A DNA stretch of 64,000 bases from Macrostomum hystrix (Eukaryota; Animalia; Platyhelminthes). Positions 22,901-34,704 of the stretch are shown here, piece after piece (the stretch's first letter is position 1; each line of letters opens with the position of its first letter). The DNA lies in contig CATNEN010000038.1 in assembly GCA_950097015.1 (NCBI GenBank), positions 744,001 through 808,000 on the forward strand, written 5' to 3'. The translations under genes were made by a program, and so were the position numbers. Under the pieces are notes generated by a model. That model had not been told where the DNA came from and did no database searches. It saw nothing but the letters and a program-made list of their open reading frames with translations.

Positions 22901-25900
22901 GTGATGCCGTGTTGCGCAGGCGGGCCAGGCAGGCCTCGAGGCTGCTTTTGTGCTCCGCCATCGTGCGGCCGAACACGACCACGCCGTCGTGGATCCATTT
23001 TACGTTGGGCAGGCCTGCCAGCACTCTGCACATCATTCTCTGTAGGATCTTCTGCGAGGTGGACAGGCCCATGCACAGCCGAGTGAGACGCCGAAGTCCT
23101 CGGGGTGTGGAGAATGTCAGCAGATTGTGGCATTCTTCTGCTACAGGCACCTGGTAGAACGCCTTCGCGATGTCCAGTTCCGAGAAGACGGTGCTGCCGG
23201 CCATGTCTCCCGTCACCTCTTCAAAAGTCGGAATCTGGTGCCGCTCGCGGATGACATAGCGATTGACATCGCGGAGGTCCTGTGTGATCCGCACTTCGCC
23301 TGGCTTTTTCTTGGGCACAACGACCATCCGCGCGACCCACGGAACTGGTCCGTCGACGGGCTCGATGATTCCGAGCTGCTCCAGTAGCTGCAGCTCCTTG
23401 TCCACTGCCTCTGCCAGGTGGATCGGTACCTTAGACGGTGCGTGACAAACCGGTCGGGCGCTGTTGGTCAGGTGGATGCTGACTGGCGGCCCGGTGAAGC
23501 AGCCGATGCCGCTGAGCACGCTGGAGTACTTGCGCAGTATCCTGCCGATGCTCTCAATGGCATCTTGGGGCATTCCACTGGATCTCGTGTCGCCGAGGAG
23601 GCTGTCGACAGCCGCCTCCGCTTCCCCGACCTGCAGCACCTGATGATCGACCGTCGGTGGTGGTCCGATCCGCAAGATTTCCATTTGAGTGGCCGTCTGC
23701 CTGCCGATGATGGTGATGCCTCTGCCTTCGACAACGTGAAATGTGGCGACCGCCCATCGGTCGAATAAGCGGATGGACATCGCCGCCTTGCCGATAAGTT
23801 GCATCGGCCGGTCCGAGCAGTACGCGAACAACCTGTCAGAGGCTGCTTGCAGACGCGGCAGCTGTTTAAGGCTCTCAAACGTTGCGCGGTTGATCACATT
23901 GCGAGCCGCCCCGCTGTCGATCAGCACTGACAGTCTGGTGCCGTTGATATCAGCTACTGTGTGGGCCGATTGCTCCTCCTGGTCGACCTTGAATATGCCG
24001 GTGGCCGGGTCGTACACCCTCTCGTAGCTGGTCTCACCTTGCAGCATCGCGACAGCATTCGAGTTGCTTTGGGGCGCCTCCTGCCTGGACCTGCAAGCTC
24101 TGGCTTTCCGCACTTTCTGCAGCTCTTGACTTGTGCCGCGGCGTGCCCTGGCCTGCCGCACCGATTGCAGCGCACCTGCGGCCCTGGTGGCTGTTCGGCT
24201 CTCCGGATGGCTGCGAGTTGCTGCTGCGGCTCACCTGGCCTGCCGTTCTCCATCGCGCTGGCCTGCTGCTCCGCCGCTTCTTTGGCTCTCGCCTTCCTCA
24301 GCACATCTGTCAGGGAGATGTCGTTGCCCTGTAGGAAGTCTCTACTCAGCATCTCGGAGTCACAGTAGGCGACGATTTTGTCTCGGATCAGCGAGTCCTT
24401 GATCGCTCCAAACTCGCACGGCTCCGCCGGCCTTGCGCAGGCGCTTGTACCACTGGTCGATCGTCTCGCCTGGCTGTTGTCTGCAGGTCTCGAACTTGAA
24501 GCGGAGGAACACGATGCTGCTCTTGCCGTCCCAGAATTCCTGGATATTCTTTGCGAGGCTGCTGTAGTCTTCCCCAGCGTCAATTTCATTCTCTTCGACG
24601 ATGGTCTGCAGCTCCTCTCCCGCGGCGTACAACAGCAGGTGTGCCCTTGCTTTGCGTCATGGATTCCAACTGCGTTAATGTATGAGGCGAACCAGCGAGC
24701 CCATGCAGTCCAGCGCTGTGCAGTTGAGTGGCAATCGCTATCGATTACAAACTGGCCGGGAGGCGCGAGAGAAATTTGCTCAGTCATGGTGCACTAGGGG
24801 TTCGGTTCTTGCGATGCCATTGTAATAACTAAGGCCGAGGCTATTTTTTGTGTGCAGACAAAACTCTCATTTTTACTGCCACGCTGAGCGCGCGTCAATA
24901 TATTATTTGCTAGAACTGGGGTGGCGACACCCACCCGCTCCGCAACCAATCAAAAGACCCAGGTGTACACCTGGGCCTGGCTCACGTGCGTACGCACACT
25001 ACAGATATTACCTGTTAGACATGGGTCTCACCTGTTAGACATGGGCATTACCTGTTATACATTCGTTTCACCTGTTAGACACGGGTGTCACCTGTTAGAA
25101 CTGATAGACATTGGTGTCAACTGTTAGACATGGGTGTCACCTGTTAGACCTGTAAGACATGGCTGTCACCTGTTGGACATGGGTATCACCTGTTAGACAT
25201 GGGTATCACCTGTTAGACATGGGTATCACCTGTAAGACATTGGTGTCACCTGTTAGACCTGCTAGACATGGGTATCACCTGCTAGACATGGGTATCACCT
25301 GTAAGACATTGGTGTCACCTGTCAGACCTGCTAGACGTGGGTACCACCTGTTAGACATGGGTATCACCTGCTAGACATGGGTATCACCTGCTAGACATGG
25401 GTATCACCTGTTTGACACTATACTCACATTGTTGACGATTCCAATAATGCTCTGTACCGCATCAATCACAGCCGATGACTTCGAGGAGTGAATTTTGAAC
25501 TGCAATGAGAAGTGAGCAGCTGGACTATTACTCTAATTAAGTACTCTAGTTAAGTTATTCTTTGCACCGAAATTAAGCCAACGTTTTTTCACATCGGAAA
25601 CGCTAATCGTTGCTAAGGCCCTCTAGTATCCATGGTTACACCAATGGATAACAAAATATCACTAAACTTTACGCATTCAACAACTATTAATTTAATTATT
25701 TTTAATTATTATAATATATATCAATAGTTATAAATAAAACCATAAACTTACTCATGAATTAGACTGTGCATGTAATGAATAATTCATCACCATGTCACGG
25801 ACAAAAAGAGCCGGGGTGAGTCGATTGCCTCGCCTAATGTCCATTGTACACCCTCATGACCTGGCCTAATGTCTATTGTACACCCTCATGACCTGGCCTA

Positions 25901-28900
25901 ATGTCCATTGCACACCCTCATGACCTGGCCTAATGTCGATTGTACACCCTGATGACCTGGCCTAATGTCTATTGTACACCCTCATGACCTGGCCTAATGT
26001 CTATTGTACACCCTCATGACCTGGCCTAATGTCTATTGTACACCCTCATGACCTGGCCTAATGTCTATTGTACAGCCTCATGACCTGGCCTAATGTCTAT
26101 TGTACAGCTTCATGACCTGGCCTAATGTCTATTGTACACCCTCATGACCTGGCCTAATGTCTATTGTACACCCTCATGACCTGGCCTAATGTCTATTGTA
26201 CAGCCTCATGACCTGGCCTAATGTCTATTGTACAGCCTCATGACCTGGCCTAATGTCTATTGTACAGCCTCATGACCTGGCCTAATGTCTATTGTACAGC
26301 TTCATGACCTGGCCTAATGTCTATTGTACACCCTCATGACCTGGCCTAATGTCTATTGTACACCCTCATGACCTGGCCTAATGTCTATTGTACACCCTCT
26401 TGACCTGGCCTAATGTCTATTGTACACCCTCATGACCTGGCCTAATGTCGATTGTACACCCTGATGACCTGGCCTAATGTCTATTGTACACCCTCATGAC
26501 CTGGCCTAATGTCTATTGTACACCCTCTTGACCTGGCCTAATGTCGATGGTTATCCCTCAAGTCTTTCCAAAGCTTGTTGTTAATGTAATTATGTGTTTT
26601 AATATCATAAAATTATAAATGTTACACTCACAAACCCATTGTCAGCGATGAGGTAGAGCTGCATAATGAATGGGCCGCCACGACTGAGCACCTTCCTGCT
26701 ATGGTCCAGCTTTATGGACCGGGTCTCGGACCTTGCGGAGCGCCGGTGCCTCTGTATTTGAGTTTTGAACAAGCAAAGGCGAGTAGAATTAACGGAATTG
26801 ATTCAGTCAGTCTGTCTGTGTTAGCTTGATCAGTCCATGGACTGGGTGCCGTCACACTCACTCAAATTTCTATCCGAGCTAATGCTGCTAATGCTGCTAA
26901 TGCGGTTAGGAGTCCGAAGCTCTGCGCCAAAACCTCCTGAGCATACGCTTTCAATGTTGGGTCACCAAGAAGCATAGAATTTGCAAAGCTAAGCCTCATC
27001 TATATAAATCTTGATTTTTAACTGGCTAACATGATCAAGCTGAACAGCAACTTGACACTTGAATGGCACCAGTCATAAATACTTTTTGCTATTCTGCCCC
27101 ATTCTATCTGTTGGTCAGCTTTATCAACAATGGGAATAGCCATCTATCTGACATTATCCTTGATCCTTGGCATATACTTATAGAATAATGAGTCACTTTC
27201 AAAATTGGGCTCTTGAACTTTATTATTCCAAATAATGGCTTACCTGTAATAAAACGCTGCCACCAAGCATTTTGGTCAGTTGCTGTGGACTTACTGGAAG
27301 TTATTGTGAAACCCAAATACTTAATCATTGAGCATCTCAATCTATTTCTAAAATGATGTAAATGAAAACAAAAATCATACTCACGTGCAGCAATCCGCTT
27401 ATTCAGCACGTCATAGGCCGATTCCAATGCTTTATGCTGCTTCCAACCGACACTTGATGGATACAAGTTGAGCTGGTACACCTGCCAGCTTGAGTCACGC
27501 ATCCGCATGCGATGCCCGGTGGCTTGAATATAGCCCAGGTGAGTGATGTTGATTGACAGCGTGCCACTGTCAATGAGGGTTGGATTCAGCTGTCCGTGTA
27601 AATGATCTGCATGGCTGTCTGTTCTGGGGTGTCTGTTCTGGGGGGTCTGTTCTGGGCTTTCTGATCTAGGCTGTCTGCTCTGAGGTGTCTGATCTGGGGT
27701 GTCTGTTCTAGGCTGTCTGTTCTGGGCCGTCTGCTCTGGGGTGTGTGTAGTATCTAGGGTGTCTGTTCTGGGGTGTCTGATCTGGGCTGTCTGTTCTGGG
27801 CCGTCTGCTCTGGGGTGTGTGCAGTATCTGGGGTGTCTGTTCTGGGGTGTCCGTTCTGGGGTGTCTGATCTGGGCTGTCTGTTCTGGGGTGTCTGTTCTG
27901 GGGTGTCTGATCTAGGCTGTCTGTTCTGGGGTGTCTGTTCTGGGGTGTCTGATCTGGGCTGTCTGTTCTGGGGTGTCTGTTCTGGGGGGTCTGTTCTGGG
28001 CTGTCTGTTCTGGGCCGTCTGCTCTGGGGTGTGTGCAGTATCTGGGGTGTCTGTTCTGGGGTGTCTGTTCTGGGGTGTCTGATCTGAGCTGTCTGTTCTG
28101 GGGTGTCTGTTCTGGGGTGTCTGATCTGGGCTGTCTGATCTGGACTGTCTGTTCTGGGGTGTCTGATCTGGGGTGTCTTTTCTGGGGTGTGTGCAGTATC
28201 TGGGGTGTCTGTTCTGGGGTGTCTGTTCTGGGGTGTCTGATCTGGGCTGTCTGCTCTGGGCTGTCTATTCTGGGCTGTCTGTTCTGAACTCTCTGTTCTG
28301 GGCTGTTTTCTGGGGTGTCTGTTCTGGGCTGATCTGGGGTGTCTGATTTGCCTGGCTGTCTGTTCTGGAGTGTATGTTCCGCAGTGTCTGTTCTGAGCTG
28401 TCTGTTCTGGAGTGTCTGTTCTAAAGTGTTTGTTCGGGAGTGTCTGTTCTAAAGTGTCTGTTCTGGAGTGTCTGTTCTGGAGTGTCTGTTCTGGAGTGTC
28501 TGTTATGAGGTGTCTGTTCTGGGCTGTCTGTTATCTGCTGTCTGATCTAAGCTGTCTGTTCTAGGCTGTCTGTTCTCTGCCGTTTGTTCTGGGCTGTCTG
28601 TTTTGGGGTGTTTGGATCTGAGCTGTCTTTTCTCTGCTGTCTGATATGGGGTGTCTGTTCTGAAGTGTCTGTTCTGGAGTGTCTGTTCTGGAGTGTCTGT
28701 TCTGGAGTGTCTGTTCTGGAGTGTCTGTTCTCTGCTGTTTGATCTGGGGTGTCTGTTTTGGGGTGTTTGTACCTGGCTGTCTGATCTGGCGTTTCTGTTG
28801 TGGGGTGTCTTTCTGAGCTGTCTGTTCTCTGCTGTCTGATATGGGGTGTCTGTTCTGGGGTGTCTGATCTGCATATCTGTATGTTCTTGAGTGTCTGTTC

Positions 28901-29320
28901 TGGGTCTCCGTTCTCACCGCAGCAGGTCAGAGCAGAGTGACACAAGGCCTGGCTGAGTCTCATTGCCCAACTGTGCAGTCCCAGACTCAATCGGCCACGC
29001 TGAGTAGTGGCACTGAGAGCGATGTCGCGATTTTCTGGCCTGGGATCGATTCCCCACGATTCGAACTGGGAACTCTTCAGGTCTGGAAAAGTATTTAACA
29101 GAAAGCTGTTACAAAGAGGCTTGCAGCAATAGGTCGTATTCAGGCTTCATCAAAAAGTATAAAAGTGTATTTGTGCGTACCTTCTCACCGCCAGGTAGAA
29201 TGAGAACCGGCGCAGCGATGGCATAGCAACAATCTCTAGGACCAAATTTCTGCCGATTTTCTGAAGCGATGAAATCGATTTCACATTTCGAACAGATTTT
29301 AAACCTCCGGTGTGTACCAG
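16444..29320 (-). CDS. ADAM/reprolysin (M12B) metalloprotease-disintegrin gene, copy A (multi-exon)
   Basis: GT-AG exons: 29181-29320, 28918-29082 (CHY...VSLC prodomain), 27385-27566, possibly 26862-26936 (phase unresolved), 26632-26751 (RHRR furin site, LYLIAD), 25428-25499, 19892-20073, 19018-19120, 18324-18709, 17184-17478, 16444-16953. The first exon may be the poly-Leu region near 29820-30000. Confidence 0.88.
17184..17478 (-). CDS. ADAM copy A disintegrin exon
   Basis: CCNATSCQL...CAAGRCC...CRAAKGECDLPEFCNG...CP; cag/gtgagt borders; frame not shown in the ORF track. Confidence 0.9.
18324..18709 (-). CDS. ADAM copy A catalytic exon
   Basis: HELAHNLGVQH (HExxHxxGxxH), Met-turn CMM, then CGNGLLEPGEACDCG. 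Confidence 0.93.
19245..19765. repeat. ~32-bp intronic minisatellite (GAGAGTCTGGTAGACTGGACTCTTTTGGATGA)
   Basis: Directly visible; paralog at 57335-57885. Confidence 0.92.
20210..20429. repeat. 20-bp intronic minisatellite (GACATGGGTATCACCTGTTA), continues at 25004-25415
   Basis: Directly visible on both sides of Gypsy element 2; paralog at 58330-59115. Confidence 0.9.
20430..25003 (-). mobile_element. Complete but decayed Ty3/Gypsy LTR retrotransposon in an ADAM intron
   Basis: LTRs 20430-20606 and 24821-25003 (TG...CA); 5-bp TSD GATAT (20425-20429, 25004-25008); PPT 20607-20619; PBS TGGCATCGCAAGAAC 24805-24819; absent from copy B. Confidence 0.95.
20824..24787 (-). pseudogene. Frameshifted gag-pol of Gypsy element 2
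   Basis: Overlapping ORF pieces: gag, protease LIDSGA, RT FSELDIAKAF with catalytic motif altered to WIHDG, RNase H YASRTL/EKEALAV/SDHKPL, integrase TDNGPPF...NGMTER; at least five frame changes. Confidence 0.9.
25830..26545. repeat. 32-bp intronic minisatellite (CCTGGCCTAATGTCTATTGTACACCCTCATGA), ~22 copies
   Basis: Directly visible; only ~7-8 copies at 59535-59770. Confidence 0.95.
27612..28905. repeat. 14-bp intronic minisatellite (TGTCTGTTCTGGGG / TGTCTGTTCTGGAG)
   Basis: Directly visible; paralog at 60840-61810. Confidence 0.92.
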
Positions 29321-29835
29321 CTGGCACAGCCTTCTGCCGAATGGGGCACCAATCACCGACAGGGCAACCTTCCACTGACCGGGCAACCTTCCACTAACAG
29401 GGCTACCTTCCACTGACCGGGCAACCTTGCACTGAGAGGGCTACCTTTCAATGATGCTCAACCACTCAACTGAACAAAGATTCATATGTAGGCTTCACCT
29501 TCTAGCCTTTTGTTGGTGCAAAATTTCAACGCAATGAGGTTAGTAACAGTACGAGTGATGGCATTTGATGACACAGAACATATGCATCTGTTCCAATTTG
29601 CTCATCGTTAACGATTGTGCACACTCGCTTAAATTTAAATTTCTTAGCTTCCCTAGCTTAACAACTGATATTTAGTAATTGCTCGGCAAGGAAAAAGCTT
29701 GTATTAAAACAGCCTGCCGAGTGCAGCTCACAGCATGTACATTGTGCGAACAAGTGTTCATTGGACAGACTGTGCTGCATGTTCTACTCAGCATCTGATG
29801 AGTCATTTGACAGACCGTGCGTTGGATCAGTAGCC

Positions 29836-29868
<33 letters not shown>

Positions 29869-30538
29869 GCAGCAGTAAGCACACAGAATCCCATCTAGCT
29901 ACTGGGGTTGGCCCGTAAATGTGCCTTAGATGGTTTCCGGGAATTTCAAGCATTTGCACCAAGCCAAACCCCTCCAGCTAACGAACAGATGAAGAAACAG
30001 TCATGTCATTGTTGTAACATTTAGTTAAATCATTTTAGATTTTGCTTACCCGGCTTGGCTGAACTTCCTGACCATCGTTGACCTGAAATGCTCTCACCTT
30101 GGCCAGCAAGGTTAATGGCCTGGTTGAGTCCGCTGAAATTGCAGTTTAGAAAGTTAGAAATTCAGTAGCAATGATTGCTTTTGTAGCTTTCCAGCATGTA
30201 ATTTTGTAAAAAATGCTCGCTAATTACTTTTGAATTGTGTTGTCATTTCAAATAATACATTTAAAACTGAGCACATTCAAAATAGTTATAATGATTGTGA
30301 GCACTGAGTACTTACCAATTGTGCATTTGAAACACAGCAGGGTGATAAATTTAGCAATTAATGTGATACAAAGAAGGCTATGGAATTCACTGGTATGACT
30401 TATTGTCATGTTTACACAAAAAGTTGCAGCGATTCAACCAGTTGAATAGTCAAATAGTCAAATCGGGCACGGAAAGCCGATTTGTGCCCGCTGGGGGGAT
30501 TTCGTCTATGTCTAAAGCTACGGAAATCTGTTCATATT

Positions 30539-31424
30539 ATTATTATTATTATTATTAAAACGAGCACGCTATCTATGGGTGCTGATTTTTTTTTATATAT
30601 ATTTTTTAACAACACATTTAAATGAACAACGAAAAGCAACATAAAAAGCGAAGTTTAGTAGGAATCAAATATCGAGCTGGGAAGGGAAAGCAAAGGTATT
30701 AAAAATAAGAGCAGTAAAAACACAAGGGACGCCAGGGATAAAACAAAATATGAAATATCTATTGTTGAATGCTAGTAAGATCTCGTAGTCTCAGGGCAGC
30801 TGTTCCCTTATTTTAGATATTTCTATGATGTATTTTGCTAAAGCTTCAGCGGTTTCCCTATCGTCTTGAGCCATTATGTATTTAGATTTTTCTTCTGCTG
30901 TTAAGGATATGAAATTGGGGGTTTTCCCAGAAACTTCCGTCTCAAATTTCGAACGTGCTGCGCTATACTTATTCCAAGTGCACTTAAAAAGGAAGTGGAC
31001 CTCGTTTTCAACTTCTGTTTTGCACTTACTACATAATCTATTTACATACGGAATTTTCGGTCTCGCAGTTCGCAATGTTTCGCAAGCTAGCTTATGGTTT
31101 CCTAGTCTAAACGAGGCTATGGTACGTCTCAACTCCGGGTTGTATATTTGTTGTAAATATTTTTCGGCTGAATAATATTGCTTGAAGGAGTAATAGAAGT
31201 GACTTAGCTTGCTTGAGTTCTGTGTCCTTTGTCTCCAATGGGTATCGAACTGAGAAACGAAATTTTTCCTGTGGTTTCCTATTGCTTTTGCAGGACTAAT
31301 GCCTCTGCAGTTCAGCATAACGTCATTGTTGGTCTTTGCTTTGATTCCAACATCACTGTATGTTTGGTCCGCCAATAACTTGGAAATTATGGAGTCCGGC
31401 CGGCTTGTTATGCAAGAAGTTATG
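30539..31424 (-). mobile_element. 5'-truncated non-LTR retrotransposon (RTEX-like C-terminus) with (TAA)n tail
   Basis: TSD CATATT (30533-30538, 31425-31430); (ATT)n tail; ORF 30791-31375 with FRLGNHKLACET...RLCSKC...ENEVHFLFKC; empty site at ~63897-63902 in copy B. Confidence 0.85.
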
Positions 31425-31871
31425 CATATTGCTGCATTGAAGAGAGACGTGGATGCATCGGACTAGGCTAGTTGGGGGCGAACGTAGTATTGAGCCGCGA
31501 GGCGCGAAGCGCCGAGCACCGAGGCCGCGGCAGGGGCCGAGGTCCGAGGCCTTGGTAGAGGCCGAGGGGCGAAATCGGAGTGAGCCCCACCTAAGATCCA
31601 GCGTACGTAGTGAGATAGAAAACACCTCGAAAATCACTCATTTTCAAGGTATATTGGGCGCCATTTGAGACTGCCTCAACCGTTTGCCTCGCGGGTGGTG
31701 TCGTTGGGTAGGTAACTTATAGGGTTATCCAATTTATGGCGGTTGGTTGCCATGTCAACGGAAAACTGCCATTTATGGAAATCGATTTTACGCAAACTCA
31801 TTTCCAGCGCTCATTTTTTCTGGCACGGAGAAAAGTTGAGACACAAAAGTTGCGGGCAGGCCTGGCCCAGG

Positions 31872-32601
31872 AGTAGTATGCAAGAGGGGGCTTCTAGGAC
31901 AAAAATAATCGCAGCCTCCATTATCCACAAACCATTACCTTTATTATTCACGAAGAGATCAGGAAAAAAAGGGTCCCCGCCTCTCTCTAAAAAACTCCGT
32001 CTCCATATTCTAAATTCTCTACTTTTAATATTCCACATCAGTTTGTGAGTTGCATATCTAGGACAAAAAATTATCGCAGCCTCCTTAATGCACAAACCAT
32101 TACCTTTCCTGAAGGAAAAAGGTTCCCCGCCAAAAAAAATCTGTCTCTACAGTTTGTGAACTTGGACAAAACAAATTATCGCAGCCACTCCCTAAGAGAT
32201 CATGCACAAAATAGCGAAGCTGCAAAAAGCGTGCCAAGACAATCAAATTAGCACTAAAATCCCATTCCCCAAACTCAAGACCCCAAACCTAGGGTGCTCA
32301 TCCTCCGAAAAAAAAATTATATTCTCATTAAAAATGCTCCCAACCGTCTCTCCAGGATCTTATTACAAAAGTCATGAGCCTAATTACAAGAGTAAATACC
32401 GATGCAAACAAGAATGCAGCGAGTACATGAGAAAATATTGGCCCGGCGTGGATATCAACGTCCCTAATATTAATCAAGCTCTCCAAAGACACTGGTTTCA
32501 TAACACTGGAGTAACCATAAAGGACTATGACAGCTACTATAACTTTGCAGAAATCATTAAGCAGCTTACATTCTCTCAATGATCAACGTCAATACAAACT
32601 C
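31872..32601 (+). repeat. Left TIR (~730 bp)
   Basis: Reverse complement of 46319-47045 with scattered mismatches; internal GGACAAAA-(1-4 nt)-ATCGCAGCC-type subrepeats. Confidence 0.95.
32334..32582 (+). CDS. TIR-encoded 82-aa hypothetical protein (left copy)
   Basis: TTAAAAATG start context like other element genes; open in both TIRs; diverged homolog at 52485-52723. Confidence 0.6.
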   Translation: MLPTVSPGSYYKSHEPNYKSKYRCKQECSEYMRKYWPGVDINVPNINQALQRHWFHNTGVTIKDYDSYYNFAEIIKQLTFSQ

Positions 32602-33363
32602 TTCACCGTTGAAATCAACGCCAACACCATCTTCCGTCTCAAACTGCAGCACAATCTCGTGAATCTCCTTATTACTTAGCACAACTCTTTTCACTGGATT
32701 TGGTTTCTCTACCAGCATCTGTCCTCCAGGAACAGAGTTTGAGATGTTGTACAAAATATTCGTTCGCTTTCCCTTAAATACCCAATCACGACTGAGATTA
32801 CTTCTGATTAGAATATTCAAACCCTTTACAATATCTGCGATATTGGGTGCTAAGAACAGACCGCTTTTATAAACATTCTTCTCGAATCCCAATTCCCTAT
32901 ACCATGTGTCATCTTTAAATTCAACCTCAGCATCTTTGTGAACTTGCATGACCACTCTCATTACAGTGAGATCATAGGATAGTTTGACAGGGAACAGTTT
33001 CTTCTCTGGCTTGCTCTCATTGGGTGTTTCAAAATGGCCTGTTTTAGTAAAAATATTTTCTAGAAAGTAATTGTAGGTATCCACACTTTGCGTGCTCACA
33101 GGGAATACCACAGCTTCTGCTGCTGCACCTCTCCATTTGTAATGAAACTTATTATTTGCTGCTGTCACATTGGGAACGTTTGACCAACCAGTGAAGTCGT
33201 TAAGATATACATGGTAATTAGCACTTGGATCCAGGCGAATCGCCTGCTCTAATTTTTCAACAAATATCCCGTTTGGGTCATTAATTCGCCCAGCTATTGT
33301 AATAGGAATGCTCTCCTTAGAGTGAGAAATAATATTATTTAGTCTTTCAGCAATCGCTTCCAT
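32566..33363 (-). CDS. Minor capsid protein (penton, single jelly-roll)
   Basis: 265 aa next to the major capsid gene; C-terminal NILY...VPGGQMLVEKP...I.EI.L...EDG..VDFNGE..VLTL pattern typical of Polinton pentons. Confidence 0.8.
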   Translation of the reverse strand: MEAIAERLNNIISHSKESIPITIAGRINDPNGIFVEKLEQAIRLDPSANYHVYLNDFTGWSNVPNVTAANNKFHYKWRGAAAEAVVFPVSTQSVDTYNYFLENIFTKTGHFETPNESKPEKKLFPVKLSYDLTVMRVVMQVHKDAEVEFKDDTWYRELGFEKNVYKSGLFLAPNIADIVKGLNILIRSNLSRDWVFKGKRTNILYNISNSVPGGQMLVEKPNPVKRVVLSNKEIHEIVLQFETEDGVGVDFNGEEFVLTLIIERM

Positions 33364-33386
33364 TTTTCAGCCCCGAAAAAAAATAT

Positions 33387-34673
33387 TTAAACTTTACTGG
33401 ATGAATTGTTGATCATGTTAAGCTTCACCTTCCTCTCGAACGCATAGATAATGTACAGGTCAACAGCAGTTGCGGCAGTCCTCTCAATGTTAGTCACGAT
33501 ATTCACAGGGCTGTTATCAGTAGGCATTTGTCTGGCAGACACATCAGCGCCAAACATCGGATAAAGAGTTCCATATTGAAGAGCAGTGATAGCAATTCCA
33601 TTGTTCTCTTTCACAGCCAAGTCGACCAACTCGCTGTAAAATTTGCTAATCTTGTTCTGACTGAAATTTCCATTTTGTGGCAGTGCAGGGTAAAGATTAT
33701 CACTGATTTCATGCTGAATGGACCGCACGTCTCCATGCATGTAGCGTATAATGTTATTTGGGTTTCTCATGTTAATAATAATATACCTTGGATTGCTGCA
33801 TGATCCCTCTTTAATGCAGATGTTTGTTCTGGGTTCGTTTCGCTCATCTCGACACATGTAGGCCGTGTAGGCGACATCAATGTCCTTCTCTATGGCCTTG
33901 AGATAATCTGCTTTTAGTGCGGTCTTTGGCTCAATGACTTCCAAATACAGCTCGATTCCGGTTAGCTTCACTTCCATCCTAGTGTGGTCCGCCCCAGTCC
34001 ACAACACTCTACTGCGATCATCTCTAGTCATCTTAAAGGTGTAGCTGAAGTTACTAGTCAGTCGATTAAATGTATTACAGAATCCACTCATGAATCTCAG
34101 TGGTACGAATACATCAACAGACCGATACAGCGGGTTCTTAGCAGCATCATCAGCACCTTGCAATGCATAGTTGTATCTCTTCTTCCTCTTTTTATAGCCA
34201 CTGTCATTGATATCTCCTTCTTTTTCATCTGCAATGAAACCTGCACCACTCCCCAACTGAATAAAATCTGGATTCTCGATCAAACAATGAGCGTCATAGA
34301 CAATTCCAAAGTTGGCGATTCGCTCCAACTCTGTGCTCCCATTCGATACACTAAACTCCTTGAACATGTACGCCCAAAAGTTACTAATCAGAGCCACATC
34401 TGCATCATGCTTGTCAACGTTAGCATGAGCTGCATCCGCACCTCCCTTTGTCTTGAATTGAAATGTCATATGGAAGCCGCTCTTAAGACTGTGCACACTA
34501 ACCAGAGACGAACATCCATTGTAGGTGAATGTCAGTGTTTGACCAGGACCAAGATTAGTTTCATTCTGATTTTCCTGACTGGGAACTCTTACTTGAGTCG
34601 CTTTGATTGTGCTATCATCACTCAAAATAGGCTTGTTAATTTTGTAGAAAACTGGTGTCAGTAGGTCGTTCAT
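33387..34673 (-). CDS. Major capsid protein (double jelly-roll)
   Basis: 428 aa from AAAAAAAATG (MNDLL...); N-terminal I...DDST...P...NL...TLTF, F....VSNG.E.E and LYP/FGADVS patterns of Polinton MCPs; size and position fit. Confidence 0.82.
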   Translation of the reverse strand: MNDLLTPVFYKINKPILSDDSTIKATQVRVPSQENQNETNLGPGQTLTFTYNGCSSLVSVHSLKSGFHMTFQFKTKGGADAAHANVDKHDADVALISNFWAYMFKEFSVSNGSTELERIANFGIVYDAHCLIENPDFIQLGSGAGFIADEKEGDINDSGYKKRKKRYNYALQGADDAAKNPLYRSVDVFVPLRFMSGFCNTFNRLTSNFSYTFKMTRDDRSRVLWTGADHTRMEVKLTGIELYLEVIEPKTALKADYLKAIEKDIDVAYTAYMCRDERNEPRTNICIKEGSCSNPRYIIINMRNPNNIIRYMHGDVRSIQHEISDNLYPALPQNGNFSQNKISKFYSELVDLAVKENNGIAITALQYGTLYPMFGADVSARQMPTDNSPVNIVTNIERTAATAVDLYIIYAFERKVKLNMINNSSSKV

Positions 34674-34704
34674 TTTTTTTAAACTAAAAAAAATAAAATA
34701 AAAA

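Larger units (their letters stand above)
4750..31472 (+). repeat. Segmental duplication copy A (mosaic, with copy-specific insertions)
   Basis: Collinear near-identical blocks: 4750-5240~51390-51900, 8110-8320~51935-52140, 8325-8560~53225-53555, 15975-20400~53840-58380, 25010-30538~58740-63902, 31431-31472~63903-63944. Confidence 0.9.

Noticed and set aside
25830-26545. 32-bp repeat as a CRISPR array
   Set aside because: Head-to-tail units with no unique spacers; intronic minisatellite.
27699-28990. Cys/Trp-rich and QNRHSRTDTPE ORFs (also 60546-61894, 19232-19882, 57319-58002)
   Set aside because: Translations of intronic minisatellites; only the short embedded ADAM exons are credible.
29820-30005. 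Poly-Leu (CTG)n segment as a firm ADAM signal-peptide exon (also 63050-63275)
   Set aside because: Position is suggestive, but I found no convincing splice donor and the two copies differ downstream, so it was left out of the gene coordinates.
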